A stretch of 64,000 bases of DNA from Polyangiales bacterium (GTDB lineage: Bacteria > Myxococcota_A > Polyangia > Polyangiales > JADJQN01): the NCBI GenBank assembly GCA_964202905.1, contig CAXNJO010000003.1:448001-512000 (forward strand), given 5' to 3'. Positions 40,291 to 49,679 of this stretch are shown here, piece after piece. Positions within the stretch are counted from its first letter, which is position 1. Each line of letters begins with the position of its first letter. The position numbers and the translations under genes are program-made. The notes under the pieces were generated by a model. That model saw nothing but the letters and a program-made list of their open reading frames with translations, was not told where the DNA came from and ran no database searches.

Positions 40291-41952
40291 GCCCGCCGCG
40301 GCGGCGCGCTCCCCGCGTCACGCGGCCCCCCGCGCACCGCGCCGACACGCGGCGATCCGCAGAGACGCCGCCTGCACCGCCGCCGCGCGACATCCACGGG
40401 CGCCGCACGGCGCGCGGACGCCGCGCATGGGCGCGGTGTGCACGCGCGCGGCGCGCGTCCGCGGGGCACGCCGCAGGACTGCGACCGGCCACGCTGCGAC
40501 CGGCCGACGCTGCGACCGGCCGCACTCCTCGCGGCCGCGCTGTTCGCGCAGGCGCTCGGGCTCGACGCGCCGCGACGCGCTCAGGCCGACGACGGCGTCC
40601 GCCGGCCCCGCGCGACGGCCCCGTTCTGGGCCCGCGTGACCGAGCCGGGCGCCGCGCGGGCGGCGACGCTCCTAGCCTCGGCGCGCGGCTGGCTCGACCT
40701 CGCGACGGGGGTGCCCGGCGGCTGGGCCACGCTCTGCCCGGCGCTCGACGCGGCCTCCGCGCGGCTCACGCGTGAGCGGCTCGTCAAACAGTCCGTCGCG
40801 GCCGACAACGCGATCGCGCGGCTCACGCTGGCGCGCGCGGACGCCCCGCGGGACCCCGCGATCGTCTACGCGCTCGCGCTCGCGACGAGCCTCTGGGAGC
40901 GCCCGGATCGCGGCTGCGCCGTGCGGCGCCGCGACGCCGACGCGCGCGCGCTGTGGCAAGCGCTGCGCGACCTCGATCCGGGCTTCGAGTCGGAGACGGT
41001 CGGCGCCGAGCTCGCGCTGGCGCATACGCGGCTCGGCGACGTCGACGCGGCGATCGCGGCGTACGCGCAGCTCGTCCAGCAGACCGAGCACGCCCCGCGC
41101 AAGGCGCTCCTCGCGCACGGCAACCTCGCGGAACTGCTCATGTTGCGGGGCGACCTGCGCGCCGCCGTGGCGCACTACGAGCGGGCCGCGGCGCTCGCCC
41201 GCGAGGCCGATGACCCCGACGCGCTCGCGCTCGCGGAGCTGGGGCTCGCCTGCGCGCTCGATCGGCTGGGCGAGCACGCGCAGGCGCTCACGGTCGCGCG
41301 CGCCGCCGTCGATCGCAGCGGCGACTCGCTGCGCGTGCTGCGGAGCGGCGGCGTGTTCTTCGTGCCCGCGTGGGAGGTGCACGTCTACGAAGCGCTCGGG
41401 CACGAGGCGCGGGCCGATGGCACCCGCGCGCCGCTGCCTGCCGCACGGGCCCGCAGCACCCGCGCGGAGGGCCTCGCCCGCGCGCTCGACGCGCTGCTCG
41501 CCCGCCCCCTCTCGCGCGAGGCGCTCGACACCGTCGCGCGGGGCACCGCGGCGTGGCTCGCCGCCTCCGGCGCCGGTGTGTCCGAGCCCTTCGCCCGCGA
41601 GGAATCCGCGGCCGCGCGCAGCCTCGGTGAGACGCTCGCGCGGGTCGGCGCCGCGCACGAGGCGCAACGCCGACGGGAGCGCGAGGTCGCACGATCGGCC
41701 TCGCTCCGCACCCTCGCCGACGACGCAGCGCCTTCCGCGGTCGCGACGGCCGAAACCCGCGACCGCCTCACGCTCGGCGGCCTCGCCGCCGCGGCGCGCA
41801 GCTGGCGGCGTTACCTCGACGAAGGCGGCGCCGACGGGCCCTCCGCCGCACACGCCGGCGCGCACCTCACCCGGCTCGCCGCACGCATCGCGACCCTCGC
41901 GGCGCGCCCCGCAGCCCAGGGGGCCCGCCGTGACAGGCTCCACATCCCGTGA
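40287..41952 (+). CDS. Secreted TPR protein (start uncertain; possible frameshift near 40506)
   Basis: [39 protein letters not shown] 40287 overlaps upstream stop; main ORF 40438..41952. Confidence 0.7.
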
Positions 41953-42009
41953 CCGGCGACGCCCCCGGTGAATGGCGACGCGCCATGCGCCCGGTAAACG
42001 GCGACGCGC

Positions 42010-42654
42010 TCAGCCCTCGAGCGGGAACGCGACGAGCACGACGACGTTCCACACGAGGTGCGCGACGAGCGGGGGCACGAGGCTCCCCGACCCCTCACGC
42101 AGCAACCCCCACGCGAGCCCGCACGCGAGCGCCACGAGCGCCAGCGTGGGCGCGCCGAGCGGCAGCAGCACCAGCCCGTACACGAGCGCGCACGCGCCGA
42201 GCCCCACCACGCGCCCGAAGCGCCGCACGAGCGCGGCATGCACCACCCCGCGCCACACGAGCTCTTCGCCGACGATCACGGGCAGGACCGCCAGCGCCGC
42301 GGTCGCGGGCGAAGGCCCACGGAAGGCCGCGTACAGCGCCGCCGTGTCATGCGCGACGAAGGGCGCGAAGCGCGCGATCGTCGGGTAGAGCAGGTGGGTC
42401 GCGCAGGCCATCGCGACGCCCACCCCCGCCCCGAGGAGCACGAGCGGGCCGCTCGGCCGCGCGACGGCGCGCATCGCGGGACCCTCGATCGCGAACGCCG
42501 CCGCGCCGAGCACGAGCGCCGCGCTGCCGACGGCGAGCCACATGCCGATGGGCCGCGCCGCCGCGACCGCCACCAGCCAGACGAGCACGGACGCGCCCGC
42601 GAGCGCTTCGTCACGCCGTACGCGGGGGTCGCGCGCGGCCACCCCCTCGCTCAT
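42010..42654 (-). CDS. CPBP (CAAX/Abi) intramembrane metalloprotease
   Basis: [22 protein letters not shown]; multiple TM. Confidence 0.88.
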   Translation of the reverse strand: MSEGVAARDPRVRRDEALAGASVLVWLVAVAAARPIGMWLAVGSAALVLGAAAFAIEGPAMRAVARPSGPLVLLGAGVGVAMACATHLLYPTIARFAPFVAHDTAALYAAFRGPSPATAALAVLPVIVGEELVWRGVVHAALVRRFGRVVGLGACALVYGLVLLPLGAPTLALVALACGLAWGLLREGSGSLVPPLVAHLVWNVVVLVAFPLEG

Positions 42655-43622
42655 GCGCCCCCCGAGACGCGGCCGCGGGCCCGCTCGACCGCGCCCCAGG
42701 CGCCGCCGACCGGCCCACGCGCAGCCTCCGCGCCGAGCGCGCGCCGCGCCGCCTGCGTGAAGCTGAGCCGGGTCGGATGCCCGATCAGCGTCCAGAAGCG
42801 CGCGTCCTCCGCGAGCAGGTCCTCGGTGAGCCCGACGACCACCTCACGCGCGACCGACCACTCGGCGCGCGTCACGAAGCGCACCCACAGCGACGAGAGC
42901 CGCGGCGTCAGCAGCGGCACCGCGATCATCCGCGGACTCACGAGGCCCATCACGCGCGACGTCGCCTCGAGGATCTCGCGCCCCGAGAGAATGTCGGGAC
43001 CGGGCAGGTCGTACACGCCATCGGCGCCCGGCGGCAGATCGAGCGCCCGCACGAGCGCGACGACGATGTCGTCGATCGCCACCGGCTCCGTCCGCGAGCG
43101 GAGCCAGCGCGGCAGCACCATCACCGGGAGCCGCGCCGCGAGGTCGCGCACGATGAGCCAGCTGAGGCTCCCATCGCCGACGATCATGCTCGCCCGCAGC
43201 TCCACGACGGGCACCGCGCCGGCGCGCAGCACCTCACCCACGTCGCGCCGGCTGCGGAGATGCGCAGAGCCCTCGCCCTGGGGCGCGACGCCGCCGAGGT
43301 AGACGATCCGCGCGACGCCGGCCGCGCGCGCGGCCGCCGCGAACGTCTCGGCGGCCTCGACCTCGCGCCGGTGGTAGTCGTGGCCCTCGCCCATCCCGTG
43401 CACCAGGTAGAGCGCCGCGCCGCATCCCTCGAGCGCACGCGCGCACGCGTCGCGGTCGCCGACGTCACCTTGCACCCAGTCGCGCCCCGGCATCCGCTGC
43501 CGCGCCCGCTCGGCGTCGCGCGTGAGCGACCGGACCGTCCAGCCCGCCTCGACGAGCGCAGGCCAAACGGCGCGGCCGACGAAGCCCGTCGCACCGGTGA
43601 GCAGGAGCGTTCTTGGTGGCAT
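42651..43622 (-). CDS. Atypical SDR NAD(P)-binding oxidoreductase (YbjT-like)
   Basis: [40 protein letters not shown]. Confidence 0.88.
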   Translation of the reverse strand: MPPRTLLLTGATGFVGRAVWPALVEAGWTVRSLTRDAERARQRMPGRDWVQGDVGDRDACARALEGCGAALYLVHGMGEGHDYHRREVEAAETFAAAARAAGVARIVYLGGVAPQGEGSAHLRSRRDVGEVLRAGAVPVVELRASMIVGDGSLSWLIVRDLAARLPVMVLPRWLRSRTEPVAIDDIVVALVRALDLPPGADGVYDLPGPDILSGREILEATSRVMGLVSPRMIAVPLLTPRLSSLWVRFVTRAEWSVAREVVVGLTEDLLAEDARFWTLIGHPTRLSFTQAARRALGAEAARGPVGGAWGAVERARGRVSGGA

Positions 43623-43688
43623 GCAGCTCCCCGGAGGTTGATGGAAGGCGATCGCGGCCCCAGGTTCGCCCGCGGAGGGCAGAGCACC

Positions 43689-44180
43689 ATGGCCACACGC
43701 GTTTTGGGTCCGGCGGGGGCGCACGTCCACCACGAGTTCGAGGTCTTCTTCGACGGGGATTGCCCGCTCTGCGTGCGCGAGATCCGCCTGCTCGAGCGCC
43801 TCGACCGGAAGCACCGCATCCTCTTCACGGACATCGCCGCGTCCGACTTCGACCCGTCGGGCACCGGGCGCTCGTGGCAGGCGCTCATGGACCACATCCA
43901 CGGGCGTTTGCCCGATGGCACGCTGGTCGAGGGCGTCGAGGTCTTCCGGCGGCTCTACACGGCCGTCGGCTTCGGCCCGCTCGTCGCGCTCACGCGGCTT
44001 CCCGTCGTCGCGCCGCTGCTCGACCTCGGCTACCGCGTCTTCGCGAAGAACCGGCTGCGCCTCACGGGCCGCTGCGCGGACGGCACCTGCCGCGTCGCGC
44101 CCCGCGCCGCGACCGACCCCGCTTCTCCGACCTGCGCGTCGTCGACCGCACCGTCGTCGACCGCACCGTCGGCCGCCTGA
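43689..44180 (+). CDS. DCC1-like thiol-disulfide oxidoreductase (DUF393)
   Basis: [28 protein letters not shown]. Confidence 0.88.
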   Translation: MATRVLGPAGAHVHHEFEVFFDGDCPLCVREIRLLERLDRKHRILFTDIAASDFDPSGTGRSWQALMDHIHGRLPDGTLVEGVEVFRRLYTAVGFGPLVALTRLPVVAPLLDLGYRVFAKNRLRLTGRCADGTCRVAPRAATDPASPTCASSTAPSSTAPSAA

Positions 44181-44240
44181 CCCGCGCGGACCTGAGCCGC
44201 GCGGACCTGGACCACGTAGCGCGTCTCGTGACGGGCGCTC

Positions 44241-44693
44241 TCAGCGCGAACACGCCACGCGGTCAGCGCACACGCACGGTGCCGCGGCGCGGCGGCACCG
44301 ACCTGCACGCCCCCGCGTGCCGGCGGCGGTCGGACGCCCACGCTCGCCGTGCGGCCGCGGACGCCATCGACCCGGCTCCCAGCGCCAGCCACGCGCCTGC
44401 GGGACCCAGCGTGGCTGCACGAAGAACTGCCCCGGGCGCGGCGCCGTCCAGTGGCCGTCGAACCACGCCCAAGTCGAGCCGCTCCAGCCCCAGTAGCCGT
44501 CCACCCAGACTTGGCCGAGGCCCGGCGCGACCGGCCGCGCCATGACGCGGGGCGCCGGCGGCGCGTCGTACACGACGACGGCGCCGCCGTACCCAGCGCG
44601 CGCATAGCACCCCGAGAGGGCGAGCACGAAGCCCAGTCCCGCGGCGAGTCCCAACCGGCGTCCGCGTGCGCTCGCGTCCATCGAGGCCTCCAT
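44241..44693 (-). CDS. YXWGXW-repeat lipoprotein (C-terminal frame uncertain)
   Basis: LSGC lipobox, WVDGYWGW, WFDGHW, WEPGRW. Confidence 0.75.
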   Translation of the reverse strand: MEASMDASARGRRLGLAAGLGFVLALSGCYARAGYGGAVVVYDAPPAPRVMARPVAPGLGQVWVDGYWGWSGSTWAWFDGHWTAPRPGQFFVQPRWVPQARGWRWEPGRWRPRPHGERGRPTAAGTRGRAGRCRRAAAPCVCADRVACSR

Positions 44694-44798
44694 GACGGCG
44701 TCCGCGTGCATCCGACGCGGGGCGGCGGTCGCGTTCGAACTACGCCCGCCACGCGCCGCTGCACGTCCGCGCGCGCGTTCCATGCGATGCTCGCGCCG

Positions 44799-45056
44799 AT
44801 GACGACCCCCGCTGACCTCGAGGCGGCCGTGCGCCGCGTGAACGCGCTCTCGCAGGCCCCGAGCACCGGCGACATGCTCGCGCTCTACGGCCTCTACAAG
44901 CAGGCCACGGCGGGGGACGCGGGCAGCACGCGCCCCGGCATGTTCGACCTGAAGGGCCGCGCCAAGTACGACGCCTGGGCGACGCACCGCGGGCTCGACG
45001 CCGAAGCCGCCCGCGCGGCCTACGTCGCCCTCGTCGATCGCCTCGCGGGGCGCTGA
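44799..45056 (+). CDS. Acyl-CoA-binding protein (ACBP)
   Basis: LALYGLYKQATAGD..RPGMFDLKGRAKYDAW. Confidence 0.93.
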   Translation: MTTPADLEAAVRRVNALSQAPSTGDMLALYGLYKQATAGDAGSTRPGMFDLKGRAKYDAWATHRGLDAEAARAAYVALVDRLAGR

Positions 45057-45132
45057 CGCCGCGCTGGCCCGCACCGCCCGGCGTCGGCGCGCGCCACCTC
45101 CGCGCGCCCACTCCGCGCGCTCAGCCGCGCGC

Positions 45133-45504
45133 TCAGCCGCCCTGCAGGAACAGCGCGACGCAGCAGCCGATCCCGCCCGTCCAGAGCGCGGTGCGGAGCA
45201 GCGCGGCGTCCGCGAGGTACGCGACGAGGTAGCCCACACGCAGCCCGACGAACGCGAGCGCGAGCGCGTCGACGCGGCCCATCGGCGCGTGCGTCTGGTG
45301 CGCGACGAGCACCGCGGCCGCGAACAACGGGAACGCCTCGAAGCCGTTCGCCTGCGCGGCGTTCGCGCGGCGGCGCCAGCCCTCCTGGCGCGCGAGCCAA
45401 TCACGCGGGTTGCTGTTGTCGAAGCGCGAGCCCGCCTTGGCGATGCCCGTCGCGATGTAGGGCAGAAGTCCTGCAACCAGGATGCACCAGTAACCGATCG
45501 TCAT
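45133..45504 (-). CDS. MAPEG family membrane protein
   Basis: FDNSNPRDWL..RRANAAQANGFEAFPLF, RVGYLVAY. Confidence 0.9.
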   Translation of the reverse strand: MTIGYWCILVAGLLPYIATGIAKAGSRFDNSNPRDWLARQEGWRRRANAAQANGFEAFPLFAAAVLVAHQTHAPMGRVDALALAFVGLRVGYLVAYLADAALLRTALWTGGIGCCVALFLQGG

Positions 45505-45581
45505 CACGCCTCCGCGCTCCGCAGCGCGCGGAGCGCCGCGACCCTGCCACGGAAACCGCCCCGGCGACGCCGAGAAGCGCC

Positions 45582-45813
45582 ACGCACGACGCCGAGTCAG
45601 CGTGAAAGACCCAGCACTCGCGCCGGGATGTCGCGCTGAATCAAGGAGGCGCCCGCAGCCGGGCTCGGGGCCCGGCGAGGACGCACGACGCCGAGTCAGC
45701 GTGAAAGACCCAGCACTCGCGCCGGGATGTCGCGCTGAATCAAGGAGGCGCCCGCAGCCGGGCTCGGGGCCCGGCGAGGACGCACGACGCCGAGTCAGCG
45801 TGAAAGACCCAGC
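45582..45813. repeat. Perfect 99-bp tandem repeat (2.3 copies), palindromic REP-like intergenic element
   Basis: Unit beginning ACGCACGACGCCGAGTCAGCGTGAAAGACCCAGC at 45582, 45681 and 45780; internal inverted repeats. Confidence 0.95.
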
Positions 45814-45820
45814 GAGCGCG

Positions 45821-47056
45821 TCAGCCGTCGCTGACCATGTCGCCGAGTTCTTCCCCACTTTGCACGAAGAAGGCCTGCCCGTACGAGTCGAGCAGCTCGA
45901 GCGCCATGTCCATGTCCTCGCGCGTGTGGCCGCGCGTGACGTTCACGCGGAGGCGCTCTTCGCCCTTCTTCACGCCGGGATACGTGATCGGCACCATCAT
46001 CACGCCGCTCTCGAGGAGCGCGATGTGCATGAAGAGCGCCTTGCGCTCGTCGCGGCACATCACGGGCATGATGTGCGTGTCGCTCATGCCGAGGTGGAAG
46101 CCGAGCTCGCCGAGGCGACGCCGCATGTAGCCGGCCTTCTCGTGCAACTCCGCGACGAGCGCCGGGCCCTCTTCTTCGAGCATCGTCAGGATCGTCGACG
46201 CCGCCGCGACGATCGGCACGGGCAGCGACGCCGAGAAGAGGAACGAGCGCGCGTAGTGCTTCACGTGGTCGACGACCTCGCGCGAGCCGAGCAGCACGCC
46301 GCCGATGCCGCCGAAGGTCTTCGAGAAGGTCGTGACGACGACCGGCACGCGCCCCTCGAGCCCGAGGTGCTCGGCGAGCCCGCGTCCGTGCGTGCCGAGC
46401 GTCCCCGAGCCGTGCGCGTCGTCGCACACGACGACCGCGTCGTAGCGGTCGCACACCTCGAGGATCTCGGCGAGCTTCGCCATGTCGCCGTCGAGCGAGT
46501 AGATGCCCTCGATCATGACGAGCGCGTTCTTGCGCTCCTTCGTCTTGAGGATGCGCTCGAGCGACTTCACCGAGTTGTGGTTGAAGAAGCGGACCTCCGG
46601 CTGCCGCGTGGGCGTGCCTGCCGCGAGGAAGGTCCCGTCGAGGATGCAGGCGTGCGAGAGGTTGTCGAGGACGATGGTCGTGTCCTGATCGGCGAGCGCC
46701 ATGATGGTGCCGACCATCGCTTGGTAGCCGGTCGTGAAGATCAGCGCCTCTTCGAAGCCGAAGTACTGCGCGAGCCGCTCTTCGAGCTCGACGTGGGCGG
46801 TCGTCGTGGCCTGCACGCGCGACGACGAGAGGCCCGTCGAGAAGCGGTCGATGGCGGCCTTCGCGGCCTCCTTCACCTTCGGGTGGTTGGTGAGCCCGAG
46901 GTAATCGTTGGAGCTGAAATTGACGATGGGTTTGCCGCCGATCGTCGTGTGCAGCCCGCCCGTCTCGAAGGGACGGAAGTACGGGTAGACCTGCTTCTCG
47001 CGCGCCTCGCGGATGCGGGCGAGTTCCTGGTGGGCCTTGTCGTCGATCCAGCTCAT
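45821..47056 (-). CDS. Alpha-oxoamine synthase (serine palmitoyltransferase/BioF/Kbl family)
   Basis: QVYPYFR, NFSSNDYLGL, TGYQA, SHACILDG, EGIYSLDGD, DDAHG, TFSKTFGGIGG (PLP Lys), FSAS. Confidence 0.9.
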   Translation of the reverse strand: MSWIDDKAHQELARIREAREKQVYPYFRPFETGGLHTTIGGKPIVNFSSNDYLGLTNHPKVKEAAKAAIDRFSTGLSSSRVQATTTAHVELEERLAQYFGFEEALIFTTGYQAMVGTIMALADQDTTIVLDNLSHACILDGTFLAAGTPTRQPEVRFFNHNSVKSLERILKTKERKNALVMIEGIYSLDGDMAKLAEILEVCDRYDAVVVCDDAHGSGTLGTHGRGLAEHLGLEGRVPVVVTTFSKTFGGIGGVLLGSREVVDHVKHYARSFLFSASLPVPIVAAASTILTMLEEEGPALVAELHEKAGYMRRRLGELGFHLGMSDTHIMPVMCRDERKALFMHIALLESGVMMVPITYPGVKKGEERLRVNVTRGHTREDMDMALELLDSYGQAFFVQSGEELGDMVSDG

Positions 47057-48267
47057 GGGTGTCTCTCAGCAGTGGAGGCGCGTCCCAGCACGACGGCCGA
47101 GACGTTGCCGTAGAAGCCAACCGTCGTGACGACGACGTGCTCGAGTCGCGCGCGCGGGCGGCCGCAGAGCACGGGCTCGACGGGCGCGCCGTCGAGCCAC
47201 GCGAGCGCCGTGGCGAGGCCGAAGGCGCCTGCCGCGCCGAAGGTCTCGCCGCAGTAGGCCTTGGGCGCGGCGCAGAGCACGTCCGGGTGCAGCGCACGCC
47301 CGATCCCGACGAGCTCCGCGGCGTCGAAGCGCTCGAGACCGCTCGCGGCACACACGACCGCGTCGATGTCGCCGGCGCCGAGCCCCGCGTCACGCACGGC
47401 CGCGCGGATCGCCCGCGCGACACCATCGACGGAGGGGTGCACGATGAGCGCCTCGCTCTCGGGCGCGGTGAAGGCCGTGCCGTAGCCGAGGAGCCTCCCG
47501 CGGATGCGGGCCCCGCGCGCGCGCGCGTCCGCCGGTCGCTCGACGACGACGTACGCCGCGCCTTCGCCGACCCGCATGCCGTGGCCGTGCGACTCGCCCG
47601 GCGCCCACGGCCCGTCGCCTTCGGAGACGAGCTCGAGCTTGCGGAGCGCGCGGTAGAGCGGCTCGCTCACGACCTCGCCGCCGCCGACGAGGAAGACGTC
47701 CGCGCGCTCGTGCGCGAGGTGCGTCTCGGCCGTCAGCACCGCGTCGAGCGCGCCGCAGTTCCCATCGACGATCGTGACGTTGGGCGCCCGCAGGTCCTCC
47801 CAGATCGACACGTAGCCCGCGGCCGCGTTGACGACGGTGTTCGGGAAGCGCGCGGGGTTGATGTAGCGGGGGTCCTCGCGCTCGGCGACGAGGTTCAGCT
47901 CGGTGATCGCGTCGAGCGAACCGTACGCGGTCGCCGAGATGATCCCGACCTCCTCGGGCCGACGCGCGATCCACGCGCCGTCGCGCTTGAGCCCCGCGTC
48001 CTCGAGCGCCTGCTTCGCCGCGACGATCAGGAACTTCGTGAGCCGGTCGAAGTTGCGAAGCCCCTTGTCGCCGAGATAACGCGCCGCGTCAAAGCCACGC
48101 ACCTCCGCGATGCGCGCCTGCGGGAGCTCGGCGGCGGGCAGCGCCGTGACGGGCCCGTCGAACGCGCGCGCCGCCGCGAGGCTCGGATCCGCGAGCGCCT
48201 CGCGGTGCGCCGCGGCTCCGACGGCGAAGGGCGCGACGACGCCGAGGCCGGTGATGGCGAGCTCCAT
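47053..48267 (-). CDS. Ketosynthase-like protein lacking the catalytic triad (chain-length-factor-like)
   Basis: AITGLG, FPNTVVNAAAG, GEGAA; catalytic Cys position reads N (DGNCG); His motifs replaced (CAASG, GETFGA). Confidence 0.82.
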   Translation of the reverse strand: MELAITGLGVVAPFAVGAAAHREALADPSLAAARAFDGPVTALPAAELPQARIAEVRGFDAARYLGDKGLRNFDRLTKFLIVAAKQALEDAGLKRDGAWIARRPEEVGIISATAYGSLDAITELNLVAEREDPRYINPARFPNTVVNAAAGYVSIWEDLRAPNVTIVDGNCGALDAVLTAETHLAHERADVFLVGGGEVVSEPLYRALRKLELVSEGDGPWAPGESHGHGMRVGEGAAYVVVERPADARARGARIRGRLLGYGTAFTAPESEALIVHPSVDGVARAIRAAVRDAGLGAGDIDAVVCAASGLERFDAAELVGIGRALHPDVLCAAPKAYCGETFGAAGAFGLATALAWLDGAPVEPVLCGRPRARLEHVVVTTVGFYGNVSAVVLGRASTAERHP

Positions 48268-49511
48268 CAGCGCCTCCCCACGGTGTCGGGGAGCACGCCC
48301 TCGCGCGCGAGCAGGAGCACCGCGTCGTAGCCGCCGAAAGCGAGCGCGTTGTTGAGCACGACGTCGACCTTCGCCGTGCGCGCCGCGCCGACGACGAGGT
48401 CGAGCGCGCAGTCGGGATCGGGCGTCTCGTAGCCGAGCGTCGGCGGGAGGATCCCCGTCGCGATCGACTCCACGCACGACACCGCCTCGAGCGCGCTCGC
48501 CGCGCCCATGCAGTGGCCGATCATGCTCTTCATCGAGCTGATCGGGACGCTGCGCGCGCGGTCGCCGAAGACCTTGTGCATCACGAGCGCCTCGACCTTG
48601 TCGTTGGCGTCGGTGCCGGTGCCGTGCGCGTTGACGAAGTCGACGTCCTCGGCGCGCAGGCCGCTCGCCTCGATCGCGCGGCGCATCGCCTGCACGGAGC
48701 CCTCGCCCTCCGGGTGCGGCCGCGTGATGTGGTGCGCGTCGCAGGCGAGGCCGTAGCCGCCGATCTCCGCGAGGATCCGCGCGCCGCGGGCGCGGGCGTG
48801 GTCCTCAGACTCGATCACCATCATGCCGGCGCCCTCGCCGACGAGCAGCCCCTTGCGGTTCAGGTCGAAGGGCTGGCAGCGCTCGGGCGCGATCGCGCCG
48901 AGCCGCGCGAACCCCGCGAACTGCAGCTTCTCGATGATCTCGCTCGCGCCCGTGATCGCGACGTCGGCGCGGCCCGCGCGGATCTGATCGGCCGCGAAGC
49001 CGATCGCGTAGTTGCCCGCGGCGCACGCGGCCGGCAGCGTCTGCGTCATGCCGTGCGCGCCAAACGCGCGCGCGACGTGGATCGGCAGCAGCGTGGTGCC
49101 GTAGCGGTTGATCGTGCGGCTCTTCACGGCCTCTTCGCCGCGGTGGATCCACGCCGACTCGAGCTCGCTGATGACGTCGGCCTCGCCCATCGTGGTGCCG
49201 ATGATGACGGCCGTGCGCTCGGTCGCGAGGAGCCGCGCGGGGATGCCGGCGTCCTCGACGGCCATGCGCGCGGCGGCGACCGCGAACTGCGAGCAACGCC
49301 CCATGCGCCGCGCCTCGGCCGCGGTCATCCAGTCCCGCGCGCGGAAACCCTTGACCTCGCAGGCGATCGAGCGGCCGATGGTGCCGGTGTCGAAGCCCTC
49401 CACGGGGGACGCGCCGCTCCGACCTGCGGCGAGCGACTCCCAGAAGGCCCGACGCCCGAGGCCGATGGAACTCACGGCCCCGAGCCCCGTCACGAAGACA
49501 CGGCGGCTCAT
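48267..49511 (-). CDS. Beta-ketoacyl-ACP synthase (FabF-type / type II PKS KS)
   Basis: RRVFVTGLG, AACAAG (Cys), NAHGTGT, KSMIGH, AFGG. Confidence 0.93.
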   Translation of the reverse strand: MSRRVFVTGLGAVSSIGLGRRAFWESLAAGRSGASPVEGFDTGTIGRSIACEVKGFRARDWMTAAEARRMGRCSQFAVAAARMAVEDAGIPARLLATERTAVIIGTTMGEADVISELESAWIHRGEEAVKSRTINRYGTTLLPIHVARAFGAHGMTQTLPAACAAGNYAIGFAADQIRAGRADVAITGASEIIEKLQFAGFARLGAIAPERCQPFDLNRKGLLVGEGAGMMVIESEDHARARGARILAEIGGYGLACDAHHITRPHPEGEGSVQAMRRAIEASGLRAEDVDFVNAHGTGTDANDKVEALVMHKVFGDRARSVPISSMKSMIGHCMGAASALEAVSCVESIATGILPPTLGYETPDPDCALDLVVGAARTAKVDVVLNNALAFGGYDAVLLLAREGVLPDTVGRR

Positions 49512-49679
49512 GAATGAGCCGCGCGTTGTACCCCGCGCGCGCGCAGCAGCGCAAGGCGACGCCCAGCGTCATCGGGCGCGGCGCACACCCCGTCCGCGCG
49601 CGCGCCGCACCGCCCGCGGACCACGCCCGACGCACGGCCCCCGCGACGCGCACCCCCGCGACGCGCTACCCTCGACGCC

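Noticed and set aside
41960..42010. Near-duplicate 20-mer CCCGGTRAAYGGCGACGCGC between convergent genes
   Set aside because: Only two imperfect copies; no function can be supported
45582..45813. CRISPR array interpretation, or an N-terminal extension of the MAPEG ORF
   Set aside because: Units are identical with no unique spacers and no cas genes; the MAPEG domain starts at 45504
45821..47056. bioF (biotin synthesis) call
   Set aside because: No bio genes nearby; coupled to KS genes and has an SPT-like N-terminus, so no symbol was assigned
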